DNA from: Callorhinchus milii | Lineage: Eukaryota | Assembly (NCBI RefSeq): GCF_018977255.1 | Contig: NW_024704742.1 | Coordinates: 102,922,001 to 102,986,000 of the forward strand | DNA: 64,000 nt | Direction: 5' to 3' | Shown here: one piece after another, positions 36,805 through 48,875 of the stretch | Numbering within the stretch: position 1 is the stretch's first letter | Layout: each line of letters starts with the position of its first letter | Notes under the pieces: generated by a model | Databases searched by the model: none | Seen by the model: the letters and a program-made list of their open reading frames with translations, nothing else | What the model was told of the DNA's origin: nothing | Translations under genes and position numbers: made by a program

Positions 36805-37562
36805 CAGGAAAATCCGGTCGAAGAGATGGGTTTTGAGACCGGCCTTGAGGGAGGCAAGGGAGGAAGCGAGGCGAAGGGACCGTGCGATGGAGTTCCAGAG
36901 AGTGGGGGCAGAGAGGCTGAAAGCCCGGCCACCGATGGTAGGGTGAGTTGGGAGTGAGACATGGAGCAGCCGGAGCCTGATGAACGGAGACAGCGGGCAG
37001 GTTGGTAGGGAATCAGCAGGTCAGAGAGGTAGGAGGGGGCAAGGCCATGGATACCCTTAAAGGTGAGGACGAAGATCTTGAATTCGATCCTCTGGGGGAT
37101 GGGGAGCCGGTGGAGTCGGGCGAGGGTGGGAGTGATGGGGTCACAGAGCCTGGTGTGCAAGAGTACACGAGCTGCAGAGTTTTGGATGATCTGCAGCTTG
37201 TGAAGGGAAGAGTTGGGAAGGCCGATGAGGAGGGAGTTCCCGTAATCGAGCCTTGAGGTGACGAATGCGTGGGTGAGGGTTTCAGCAGCCTGAGGGGTGA
37301 GGCAGTGGCGGAGTCTGGCAATGTTGCGGAGGTGGTGGTAGGCAGTGCCGGTCATGGCGTGGATGTGGGGGAGAAAGGACAGTTCAGGGTCAAACAAGAC
37401 ACCCAGGTTCCTGACTGGCTTAGTGAGGTTGAGTGTGTAGCCGTGGAGGCTGATGCTGCCAGCGCCTGAGGTGCGGAGGCGCTGGCGCGAGCCAATCAGG
37501 AGGGCCTCGGTCTTGCTGACGTTGAGTTGGAGAAAGTTGGCCCTCGTCCAGGACTTGATGTC
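36805..37562 (-). mobile_element. L2 LINE 3' ORF2 fragment
   Basis: [24 protein letters not shown]...RIEFKIF. Confidence 0.9.
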
Positions 37563-37646
37563 AATGTACCAACATGAGATGGAAACAAGTAACGTGTTCA
37601 AAGTCTTGTGAGGCATAAGTGATAATGAAACTGTTGCTAAAAGATA

Positions 37647-38067
37647 CAGTATAACCATTGCTTGTAAATTATGAAAAACACTCAGCTGTCAGGAAGCTTT
37701 TACTTACACTGCAGTATTGTACTGTAGTAACGTGGGCTGTGAATAAACTTGGGTGTGATTGAGCTATGCCATGCATTATCAGCAGCTTTCACTACACAGA
37801 ATACCAGCCCCATTTTGATTCAGTTATGTCGTTATTTTCTCACTACACTTTGAACATGTGTTTGTCAATCTATAGTATATCAAAGCACAATGGTACACAG
37901 TCAGTTCAAGGCAGGACCTGGAGAGAGATATGAAAATCAGAAAGAAAAGTGAAACAGAAAAAATAACGTAGAGTGCTTCATTAAGAATGAATCAGGTCAT
38001 TGTAGTGTGAGTAAAAGCTTCCTGATAGCTGAGTGTTTTTCATACTTTACAAGAAATAGCTGCACTG
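37647..38067. mobile_element. Tc1/mariner(pogo)-type MITE
   Basis: ~70-bp imperfect TIRs with CAGT...ACTG ends; TA on both sides (37645-37646, 38068-38069); no ORF. Confidence 0.85.
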
Positions 38068-38577
38068 TATTTGTTGGGATAACAGATAACAACAGTACTT
38101 AAATGTTTTGCTCGCCTTCTTAATGCTGACCAGAATCATTGCTATTTTATCATATTTCACCCACAAAATACAGTCAAATACTTTACAGTATATCCTGTGA
38201 AGCGCTTTGAGATGCCTCGTTGACGTGATAAGAAGTGATATTATTCTTGCACAACTTCTGTTTAAGAAGGTAAGCAACTTTGGTATCAGTGGCCACAATT
38301 TGCAATTCTATTAAAAATGGGGATTGTGAAAGCAGTTTGATGTGTTAGGCAGGTACAAATGCAGTACAATGGATATTTATATTTACATAGCTCCTTTCCC
38401 TAAGCAGACAGCGATATCTAAGGAACACACAGATTGCCCACACAGGAAAGAGGCTATCTGTCAGTTAAAATGATAGCACCATTCCAGTTCTGCGCTAATT
38501 TTGGGATAACATGGGACTATAGGATGTGATTTATGTGACAACTGAGATGCAGTAAAGGAACAAGTAGTTAAATAACT

Positions 38578-39020
38578 ACTACAACAACAAAATTACATTT
38601 GTAAAGCGCTTTTCAAGTCAGGGGGACGTCCCAAGGCACTGGACAGACAGAGTTACAGACCCAAGCTGGGGGCAGGGGTGAGGGAGGATAGGGGGGGGGC
38701 AGAGAGTTCGAGAGCACGGTCAAAGAGGAGGGTCTTGAGATGGGTCTTGAAGGTGGCAAGAGAGGAGGTGAGGTGTGGGATGGAGTTCCAGAGGGTGGGG
38801 GTGGAGTGACGGAAGGCCCACCCGCCAATAGTAGGGACGTGAAGCTGACCAGAGCCCGATGAGTGGAGGGAACAAACAGGATGGTAGGGCTTAGGAGGTC
38901 GCAGAGGTAGGGGGGGAGTGTAGTAAGGGTAGGAGCAAGATCATGGAGGGCTTTGAAGGTGAGGACAAGGATCTATGTGATGGGAAGCCAGTGGAGTTGG
39001 GCGAGGATGGGGGTGATAGG
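38578..39020 (-). mobile_element. L2 3' fragment
   Basis: L2 3' ORF and UTR similarity; stem-loop and (AAC)n tail. Confidence 0.85.
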
Positions 39021-39374
39021 TGATAAGCGATAGGTGATAAATTAATGGTCTGGGATGGCCATTTTTCACCCTTTTTGTTGATGTGGGGTTATGAGCATAT
39101 GGATCCTGCTATCACTTTATAATTAGGTTGTTTGGTTTTTAGTTTTTTTTTCCTGTAATTTTGTCATATCATAATTGCATTATGAACTATAGTGGATGTA
39201 AGCAATAAACTGCAGCACAAAAGAAAGCTATGTGAAACCATCTGAACTTGACTTCTACAGTACAAAATTTAATAGTTTTTCTCTAAACAATTGTGTTAGG
39301 TCACTCATCTGTGTTTGTACATTCAGTGCACTTTTTTTAAAAAAATTAGGTAGGCAGATTGAGAAATGAGTGTT

Positions 39375-41124
39375 ATTTCCTCCCTCTCCCTCTCCACTGC
39401 CCTGGAGTCATCTGAATGCCTACACCTCTGGCGCTCACTGAGCGATCTCCCCTCCTCACTCTCCTTTCTCCACAACTCCCTCTCCTCCATTCTGGACTCC
39501 CTTGCCCCCCTCACCTCCTGAACTGCTTCATACTCCCGTAAAGCCTCCTGGCACACTAGCCATCTCCGTTCCCTCAAGGCACAAGTGCGAGCTGCCGAAC
39601 GCGCCTGGACTAAATCCAAACTAACGGTTCATCAGCAGATTTGGTTTCACCACACCAAGACCTACCACTGCACTCTTGCCTCCACCAAATCCTCCTTCCA
39701 AGGTTATCTTGGAGGTAAAGGACAACCCCAGGCTTCTCTTTTCCACCAACTAACCGTCTCCTCCGTCCGCCTTCCCATACCTTGTCCATCCTCTCCTCAA
39801 ACTCAAACTCCTCAAACTCCATCATGAAAAAACTTTCCCTGGATCCAGCCCTCCACTCCAGCTACTGCTCCATCTCTAACCTCCCATTCCTCTCCAAGGT
39901 TCTGGAATGAGTTGTTGAGTCCCAGCTCCGCTCCTTTCTCTCTTGCCATTCCCTCTTTGAACCCTTCCAATCCGACTTCCGCGCTGCCCACAGCACGGAA
40001 ACAGCTCTGGTCAAAGTTGCTAATGACATTCTGAACATCAGGGCTCCCTCTGCGTCCTTGTCCTCCTCGACCTCTCTATCGCCTTCGACACTGTCAACCA
40101 CTCCATGCTCATACACCGCCTCTCCGCTTTACTCAGTCTTCATGGACGTGCCCTTGCCTGGTTCAATTCCTATCTGTCTAACCAGCTCCACTTCGGTGCC
40201 TCTAACAGCTTCTCCTCCAGCTCCCACACTGTCACATCTGGCGTCCACCAGGGCTCTGTCCTTGACCCTTTCCTCTTTAATATCTACATGCTCCCCCTTA
40301 GTGACATCATCCACAGACATGGGATAAACTTCCACATGTATGAGGTCATCCGCAGACATGGGATCAACTTCCACATGTATGCGGATGACACCCAACTCAT
40401 ATCGTTCTGTCTCCACCGTCAACTCCAGGACCACTGCTGTCCTGACAGACTGCCTGTCAGACATCAAGTGCTGGATGAGGGCAAACTTCCTACAGTTGAA
40501 TGTGAACAAGACTGAGGCCCTCCTGATTGGCTCGCGCCAGCGCCTCAGCACCTCAGGCTCTGGCAGCATCAACCTCCATGGTTGCACTAACTCATCCCTC
40601 AGGCCGCTGACATTCTTGTTCATGCCTTCATCACCTCCAGGCTCGACTATGCAAATGCCCTGCTTGTCGGACTTCCCAACTCCTCCCTCCACAGGCTGCA
40701 GATAATCCAAATTCTGTGACCCCATCTCCCCCACTCTCGCCCAACTGAATTGGCTCCCTTTCCTTCAGAGGATCCAGTTTAAGATCCTCATCCTCACATA
40801 CAAAGCCCTCCATGGCCTCACCCCACTCTACCTCTGCTCCCGACCCACCCGCCCCACTATTGTCAGGAGAGCCTTCAGCCACTCTGCCCCTAATCTCTGG
40901 AATTCCATCACGCAGTCACTCCGCCTCGCCCCCTCCTTAGCCTTGTTCAAGTCCCACCTCAAGACCCTTCTCTTCGACCATGCCATCAGCCACCCCCCAT
41001 CCCCTCCCCTCCCTTACCCCCCCAACCCCAGCTCAGATTTGAAACGCTGTACTCTGTCCAGCATCTTGGGACGTCCTCCCGAGTTGAAAGGCGCTATACA
41101 AATGTAATCTTGTTGTTGTTGTTG
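39375..41124 (+). mobile_element. L2 LINE, degenerate with internal deletions
   Basis: RAAERAWTKSKL, GVHQGSVL and MYADDTQL; (GTT)n tail. Confidence 0.9.
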
Positions 41125-41489
41125 TATTTCCTGTGCTTATAACTCGTGTGACTTGCTGTGAGTGCTGATATGTCATGTGGAGAACTGGCTTGGAGCAGCC
41201 AGTTGCTGCTCATGAATGTGTGATGGTGCTGATTTGTATATTTAAAATGAGCTCTGCATTTTGTAAAGCTCTAACTGGTCCCAAATGCCGGTTGGCATTT
41301 TTATTTGAAGCCAATGGTGTTTGACCTACTGTTCAAATATGGACTTAATAATTAAAAAAGATTTGCTTTGTTCTTCAGAATTTCACTGCAAAACCCACGT
41401 CCTGAATATGGTTTTACCAGTCCATTTACATCACAATTCGGTTCAAGATTGTGAAGAAATTTTTTTTTCTATTTCTCCTTTCCAAGTCC

Positions 41490-41694
41490 CCACAATAATC
41501 CCTCCAAAACAAAACAATAATAAATTGTTTTTTCAATCCACGACTGTTTGTGGGACACTGCTGTGCGCAATTGGCTACCACGTTTCGCCCACAAATATAT
41601 GGTCAATTCACTTTACAGCATATTCTGTGAAGGCTTTGAGACATCTAGAAGACGTGAAAAGCGCTATATCAAATGCTAGGATTATTATTATTAT
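41490..41694 (+). mobile_element. SINE 3' half
   Basis: Body and tail match the SINE family; no head. Confidence 0.85.
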
Positions 41695-41696
41695 AG

Positions 41697-42165
41697 GATC
41701 GCGGAGTCTAGTGCGGGAGAAGACATGGGCTGCAGAGTTCTGGATAATCTGCAGCCTGTGGAGGGAGGAGTTGGGGAGACCGACAAGCAATGAGTTTGCA
41801 TGGTCAAGCCTAGAGTATGTATGAGGGTTTCGGCGGTCTGTGGTGTGAGACACTGGCGGAGCCGGGCGATGTTGCAGAGGTGGGGGATGGCAGAGCGAGA
41901 CATGGCGCAGATGTGGGGTAGAAAGGATAGTTGAGGGTCAAACAAGACCCCAACGTTCCGGACTGGCTTAGCAAGGTGGAGTGTGCAACCATGGATGGTG
42001 ATGCTGTTAGTGTGTGAGGTGAGGAGGTGCTGACGGGAGCCAATCAGGAGAGCCTCGGTCTTGTTGACGTTCAACTGAAGAAAGTTAGCTCTCATCCAGG
42101 ACTTGATGTCTGACCGACAATCTGTCAGCACAGCAGTGGTCCTGGAGTCAAGGGTGGAGGCAGAC
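41697..42165 (-). mobile_element. L2 internal fragment
   Basis: [25 protein letters not shown] and RLDHANSLL. Confidence 0.88.
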
Positions 42166-42377
42166 TCAAGCACAAACTCAAAGACCAAGATTTTGAGCTT
42201 TAGTTACTTAGCAAGCAGTCCATTTACATAGTTAAGTTCGAAACTCCCATAAAGCCAATGATGATGGATTTTCAAAGAGATTTATAGACTATACATTTAC
42301 CTCAAGAGAGAAAGATTTACTGCTCCGAGATCTGCAACAGTTTCATTGCCAATGTTTGCAATATGAGAAAGGAACTT

Positions 42378-42570
42378 GAGTCAATTTTTTGGGTCCACGA
42401 TCCTTCGTCAGATCTTATTTTCTTTAATATTGCAGTTCTGATGATGGGTTGTGGATCCAAAACTTTGACTCACTTTTCTTTCTCCATAGATGCTGCCTGA
42501 CCTGCTGAGTGTTTCCAGTGACTTCTGTTTTTGTTGCAGATTTCCAGCATCTGCAGTATTTTGCGTTTTG
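42378..42570 (+). mobile_element. Penelope-like repeat with an inverted end and a decayed minimal hammerhead core
   Basis: Inverted repeat 42378-42412 / 42437-42471; CTGATGA-stem-CAAAA; downstream GATGCTGCCTGACCTGCTGAG..TTCCAGCATCTGCAG recalled as a chondrichthyan Penelope-type repeat. Confidence 0.65.
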
Positions 42571-43749
42571 GCATATGAGAGTCAGGTTAACCTCGTAACT
42601 CAATATTGGGGGTTAATAAGTTAATCAATTTTTTGAAATTCTTTGAAAGAGGCTTATCCCAGTAACCCACTGGCATTTTGAAAAACTGTGTGAATTCTTT
42701 ATGTGTGAGCCAAGACAATGAGTGTCACAAGGCTACTTGACAAAGAGCCACTTTATACAGTACAGTATTATAGAGCTGTTTCAACGAGAGGCTCTGTATT
42801 AGTGAAGCTGTGAAATTTGTCCCGTTTTTACTGGCAGCATTAGTTGAATCAACTGAGATACATGTTGTTTATACAGTATGTCGTGAATGGTGGCTTTCAT
42901 TCTCTGACCACAGGCCTTCTTCGCTAAGTAGAGATGGCCGGTATGGGTTAGCAATCAGAAAACAATAGGGTTGACCTTACATATGGGCTGGCAGCTCAAC
43001 AACATTTGTATATCGCCTTTCATGTCAAGAGTAAGCTCAGTTCCCTGTGGCCAAATAAATGGTGGCAGTAATCATATCCCTTAGTTTACAACACAATTCA
43101 ATACTGCCCACCATTCAGACAACAATTTCTTGATATGCTTTGAGATTCCAATTCAACTGAATAACAACAGAAATAAAACAAATAACAATGTATTGTGGCC
43201 CCTTTGGTTTGCCATGCCATTTAACAATTCATCACAAAATTGAAAGTGGCAAAAACTTAAAACTCAGGTCTGTGTTCTGGTAATTCATTTTTTGCACAAT
43301 ACTATATTTCACAATGCGACTAGTATTCACAGCAAATATCTACAATGGCTTCAAATGTTAAGTGTTTATCAATATAATGCGGGAGAAATGCTACATCTTG
43401 CATAGATTTTTAAAAAAAGGCAATTGTTTTTCTGTTCATTTATAGCATAAACTAGATGTCAAAACCTAATAAAATGTGCAAGTACTGTCATAGGAATTCT
43501 ACAACAAGATGCTGTGATGGGAGAATGGGAGGTGAGGGGAGGTATTCTGGAAGGATGAGATGAAATAGGAAAAGAGTGTTCTTCATCCAAACCTCTTTTG
43601 GTAAACAATAATGACAGATGGGCTTTATCCTGTCCCCAAAACAATAAAAAGGACACGCACAAAGTCAAATCTTAGGTTTTATAAATAGGGTTATAGAATA
43701 TAAAAGCAAAAATGTAATGTTACACCTTCATGAATCGTTAAAATACTAT

Positions 43750-43898
43750 TCAGAACCAATTCTGATGAAGGGTTGTGGACCCAAAATGTTTACATACTTT
43801 CCTTTCTCCATAGATGCTACCTGACCTGCTGAGTATTCCCAGCGATTTCTGTTTTTGTTTCAGACTTCCAGCATCTGCAGTATTTTGCATTTTGTTTT
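43750..43898 (+). mobile_element. Second Penelope-like repeat with a decayed hammerhead core
   Basis: CTGATGA AGGGT TGTGG ACCC AAAA at 43762-43786; homologous to 42437-42570. Confidence 0.65.
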
Positions 43899-44160
43899 GC
43901 AGATATTACTCTACTTGGATAGCAATAAAGGTGAGAAAGTTTGAGAGCGTTGATCAAAGAAATAGTCAATTAACAGATTGTGGTCTTTTATTTTTCTGGC
44001 TCTAGTTTACTACTCCCTCCATTAGTCTTCAGCCATCTTGTCTACAGTCTCTGGAACACCCTCACCCAACCTAAATCCTTTCACCCTGTGTCTTCTCTCC
44101 TTGCCTGAAAAGTCTCTTAAAAATGTTGCATAGGTCTTCTAATTTATAAAGGTTTGGTCA

Positions 44161-44484
44161 AATAATAATAATAATAATCCTTGCATTTGATATAGCGCTT
44201 TTCACGTCGGGAGGACGTCCCAAAGCGCTTCACAGAAAACACTGTAAAGTGAATTGACTGTATATTTGTGGGCGAACGCGGAAGCCAATTGCGCACAGCA
44301 ATGTCCCACAAACAGTCGTAGATTGAAAATGACCAATTTAATTATTGGTTTTGGTTTTTGGAGGGAGTATTATTAGGCGTGTGGAGTAAGGAAACTTGCC
44401 CAAGGTTTCGCCCTCTGCCTGGAATTGAACTCAGGTCTCTTACTGGCAAAGCGAGTGCTCTAACCACTGAGCTACAGGACTCCA
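44161..44484 (-). mobile_element. Young tRNA-derived SINE
   Basis: Near-identical to the copies at 26678, 36363 and 53628. Confidence 0.95.
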
Positions 44485-44502
44485 CAAGACCCAGGAACAG
44501 AG

Positions 44503-45299
44503 TGTTAGAACATACCGAGGTATTTCTTTCTGTTGATATGTCACCTGAATTGGGTGTGGGTCAAAAGGTTTGTTTAAAATAGCAGTAATATGTTAATTGT
44601 TATTCAGACAGGCTGCTCAGATAGAAAACAGCCTCAGGCAGGACGCCAAGGAAAAGTATGCTAGTAATTGTCAGGTCGTTCATTCATTACGATATTTGAA
44701 TCAGGGAAGCCTCTTCAAATATTAACAAATTGGCGACCGGGGAATCCCCATTGGGTTCAAGGTTTATTGTAGCATAAGCGGGATCATTAGTACAACATGT
44801 ATCTTAAAGCAATAACTTACATAATTAAAACCATATTACCTGGTTCTTGAGCCTGGACAGTAGCCTGACATGCCACTCAGAGCTGCTTCTCTCTCTCGCT
44901 CGAGCTGCTACTACTGTGACAAATCTAGTCCGGACTCATCCTTTATAGTATTAACAGCATATGCTTTGTATACGCGTTCCCTCTTTTCCTCCTTTTCTCC
45001 TTTGATGTTTTCTACATGTTTGTTCATTATCTTGTTACTGCGAAGCTGTTTAATTAAAACCACAATGATGACACAGCACCTGATAACTACCCCATTCTTT
45101 GTCACTATCAGTTCTTTTCATAGTCCTATCATTAGCATACATTTCCTTGGTGTCCTGCCTGAGACATCTGCTATCTATCTGACCAGCCTGTCCGAATAAC
45201 AACTTAACTTATTACTGTTATTTTAAACAAATCTGTTGACCCGCACCCAATTCATATGATATACCAACGGAAAGAAATAACGTGTGGTATGTTCTAACA
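44503..45299. mobile_element. Non-coding element with ~165-bp inverted termini (TGTTAG...CTAACA), 4-bp TSD and LTR-like interior
   Basis: 44503-44663 is the reverse complement (roughly 85% identical, by eye) of 45133-45299; AGAG at 44499-44502 and 45300-45303. Confidence 0.85.
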
Positions 45300-45678
45300 A
45301 GAGGGTATCAGAGAATTTATTTATAACTTTTTAATTCTTTAACACACCTCTTATAATTCTCTATTCTTAAACCTGCCTGCTTTAACTTTTATTCTCCTAA
45401 ACATATTTCTCCTGTATTTCTTTGAACTTTACCAACAATACTTCTATAATCCTTATCTAAAGTATCTAATAAATCTCCTACTCCTTGCTTACCTAAAGCA
45501 TATCTTATTTTTTTCCTCTTCCTCGTGTTTGAAACCTTCCTTCAGAGGGTAGGACAGTGAAATTCAGGAAAAATGGTAGGCATACTATTCCCCATTCCTG
45601 CACTCCCATTTTTGCAGGAAGTAGCACCCAGGAAGAACCTGCTTGTTACGCATTGTCTCCCTTTCCCATGCTTCCCAT

Positions 45679-46597
45679 CAACAACAACAACAAAATTACA
45701 TTTATAGAGCGCCTTTCACGCCGGTAGGATATCCCAAAGCGCTGAACAGTCAGGTGTCGGGGCCTGAGCATGGGGCAGGGGTGGTGAGGGAAGGCAGAGA
45801 GGTAGGAGGGCGGCCAAAGGCACGATTGAAGAAAAGGATCTTGAGACCGGCCTTAAAGGAGACAAGGGAGGAAGCGAGGCAAAGGGACCATGGGATGGAG
45901 TTCCAGAGTGTGGGGGCAGAGAGGCTGAAAGCTCAGCCGCTGATGGTAGGGCAGGTCAGGTGGGAGTCACGGAGCAGGCCGGAGCCCGCTGAACGGAGGG
46001 AGTGGGCAGGTTGGTAGGGAATCAGCAGGTCAGAGAGGTAGGAGGAGGCAAGGCCATGGATGGCCTTGAAAGTAAGGACGAGGATCTTGAAATCGATCCT
46101 CTGGGAGATGGGGAGCCGGTTGGGTCGGGTGAGGGTGGGAGTGATGGGGTTGCGGAGCCTGGTGTGCGAGAGTACACGAGCTGCAGAATTTTGGATGATC
46201 TGCAGCTTGTGAAGGGAAGAGTTGCGAAGGCCGATGAGGAGGGAGTTTCCATAATTGAGGCTTGACGTTACAAATGCATGGATAAGGGTTTCAGTAGCCT
46301 GAGGGGTGAGGCAGTGGCAGAGTCTGGCAATGTTGCGGAGGTGGTGGTAGGCAGTGCCGGACATGGAGTGGATGTGGGGGAGAAAGGACAGTTCAGGGTC
46401 AAACAAGACACCCAGGTTCTTGACTGGCTTAGTGAGGTTGAGTGTGCAGCCGTGAAGGCGGATGCTGCCAGCGCCTGAGGTGCGGAGGCGCTGGCGTGAG
46501 CCAATCAGGAGGGCTTCGATCTTGCTGACGTTGAATTGGAGAAAATTGACCCTCATCCAGGACTTGATGTCGGACAGGCAGTCGGTCAGGACGCCAG
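45679..46597 (-). mobile_element. L2 LINE, 5'-truncated
   Basis: 207-aa frame NFLQFNVSKIEALLIG...RIDFKIL; (AAC)n tail. Confidence 0.9.
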
Positions 46598-47342
46598 TAA
46601 CAATAACAACAAGATTACACTTGTATGGAGCCTTTCACGTTGGGAGGACGTCCCAAGGCACTGGACAGTGTATAGCATTTCAGTCCTGAGCTGGGGTCAG
46701 GGAGGGGAAGGTGGGTAATCAATGGCATGGTAGAAGAGGAGGGATTTGAGGCGGGACTTGAAGGAGGCTAAGGAGGGGGCGAGGCGGAGTGAATGGGGGA
46801 TGGAGTTCCAGAGACTGGCGGCTGAAGGCTCTCACGCCAAGGGTGAGGTGGGTGGGTTGGGGGACGTGGAGCAGGCTGGAGCTGGCTGAGCGGAGGGAGC
46901 GGGCGAGTTGGTAGGAGGTTATGAGGTCACAGAGATAGGGTGGGGCGAGACATTTGAGGGCTTTGTAGGACCAGGATCTTGAACTGGATCCTCTGAAGGA
47001 TAGGGAGCCAATGGTGTCGAGTGAGAATGGGGGAGATGTGGTCACAGAGTTTGGTGCGGGAGAGGACACGGGCTGCAGAGTTCTGGATTATCTGCAGCCT
47101 GTAGGGGAGGAGTTGGGAAGGCCGACAAGCAGGGCGTTTGCATAGTCGAACATGGAGGTGATAAAGCCATGAACAGGAGTTTCAGCGGCCGGAGTTTCAG
47201 TAGCCCTGGAGTTGAGGGTGGAGGCAGAGAGATAGAGTTGGGTGTCATCTGCATACATGTGGAAATTACACTATGTCTGCGGATGATGTCACCAAGGAGG
47301 AGCATGAAGAGGATGAAGAGGAGGGGACAGAGGACAGAGCCC
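46598..47342 (-). mobile_element. L2 LINE, older and internally deleted
   Basis: [14 protein letters not shown] remnant; L2 tail at 46598-46665. Confidence 0.85.
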
Positions 47343-47554
47343 CCATTGTTACAAATAGGATGGCAGCACCTAGGACCAACCTACTTGGCGTACACCACCC
47401 ACCTTTCTGCGCTTCCCACCTTGTCTGCCTCCAATGCGACCTATCTCCCTTTTAATATGGCCGCGATCCTTACCACAGTCTTGACCATCCCTCCAATGTG
47501 ATCCCCGACAGACCTATTCTTTATAATCCTGCCGCAGTCCTTTCTGCCCAACTA

Positions 47555-48314
47555 ATACAACAAGATTCCATTTATAGAGCGCCTTTCACGTCAGGAGGAC
47601 GTCCCAAGGCCCTGTACAGTTGGGTCAGGACCCGAGCATTGGGGGGAAATGGTCAGGGTGAGGGGAGGGAAGGGAGGGAGCGAGGAGGGGGTAGAGAGTC
47701 GAGAGGGGAGCTGAAGGCACTGTCAAAGAGAAAGGTCTTGAGACCAGCCTTGAAGGAGGAAAGGGAGGAAGCGGCGAAGGCACTGGGGGATGGAGTTCCA
47801 GAGCCTGGGGGCTGAGAGGCTGAAGGCCCGACCACCGATGGTAGGGCGGTTGGGGCGGGGGATGTGAGCAGACCAGAGCCAGAGGAACGGAGGGTATGGG
47901 CAGGTAAGTAGGAGGATAGTAGGTCGGAGAGGTAGGAGGGAGCAAGGCCGTGAATGGCCTTGTAGGTGAGGATGAGGATCTTGAATTCGATCCTCTGGGG
48001 GATGGGGAGCCAGTGGAGGTGAGCGAGGGTGGGAGTGATGTGGTCGCGAAGCCTGGTGCGGGACAGTACATGAGCTGCAGAGTTCTGACTGATCTGCAGC
48101 TTGTGGAGGGAGGTGCCGGGAAGGCCGGCGAGGAGAGAGTTCCCATAGTCCAGCCTTGAGGTGATAAAGGCGTGGACCAGAGTTTCAGCAGCGTGAGGCG
48201 TAAAGTAGTGCCGTAGTCTGGCGATGTTCCGTAGGTGATGGAAGGCGATGCCAGTTGTGGCGCGGATAAGAGGGAGAAAGGACAGCTCAGGGTCGAACAG
48301 AACACCGAGGTTCC
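47555..48314 (-). mobile_element. Young L2, 5'-truncated
   Basis: [14 protein letters not shown]...[15 protein letters not shown]...RIEFKIL; closely matches 12010-12632. Confidence 0.92.
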
Positions 48315-48875
48315 ATGCATTCATCATATCCAAGCTAAACCACCAACTTTCTGCTTGCCCGACGACCTGCCTCTTCCCTCCAAAAGCTGCAGACTCTCCA
48401 GAACTCTGCAAGCCATTACCTCTCCTGCATTATGCTCCTCAAGCCTATCATCCCTATTCTCACCTGGCTCCACATGCTCCAGCGGATAAGTTCAAGATCC
48501 TCATCCTAACCTTTAACACTTCCATTGAATTGCTCCTGCCCAAATCTGCAACCTTTTCAAACACTACCAATCTGGCCACTCCGTCTGCTCAGTGGCACTG
48601 GCCTAACATCCCCTGTCCCACCTACCCACCATAAGTGGTTGGGCTTTCAGCATATTTGGCCTCTCTCTTTCTGGGACTGCATCCTGGAGTCACTTCAATT
48701 TTCCCCTTTTTTCTTCTCCTTCAAGATCTGCCTTAAGACCTTCCTCTATGTCTATACTTTTGACCACCCGACCCCAACCCTCCAATCCCTCTCAGCCCCC
48801 AGCCCCAGCTTGGATGCAAACCATAGATTATTCATACCTTGGGACAGCCTCCCAACATGAAAGATGCTATATAAA
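48315..48875 (+). mobile_element. Old L2 3' fragment followed by an AT microsatellite (to ~48925)
   Basis: HAFIISKL and FKILILTF remnants; L2 tail. Confidence 0.75.

Noticed and set aside
45304..45540. Gypsy gag fragment on the - strand
   Set aside because: Lys/Glu-rich remnants are suggestive but too degraded to call without a search.
47346..47555. Possible LTR start (TGTTACA…) between L2 copies
   Set aside because: No matching end, TSD or second copy in the window.
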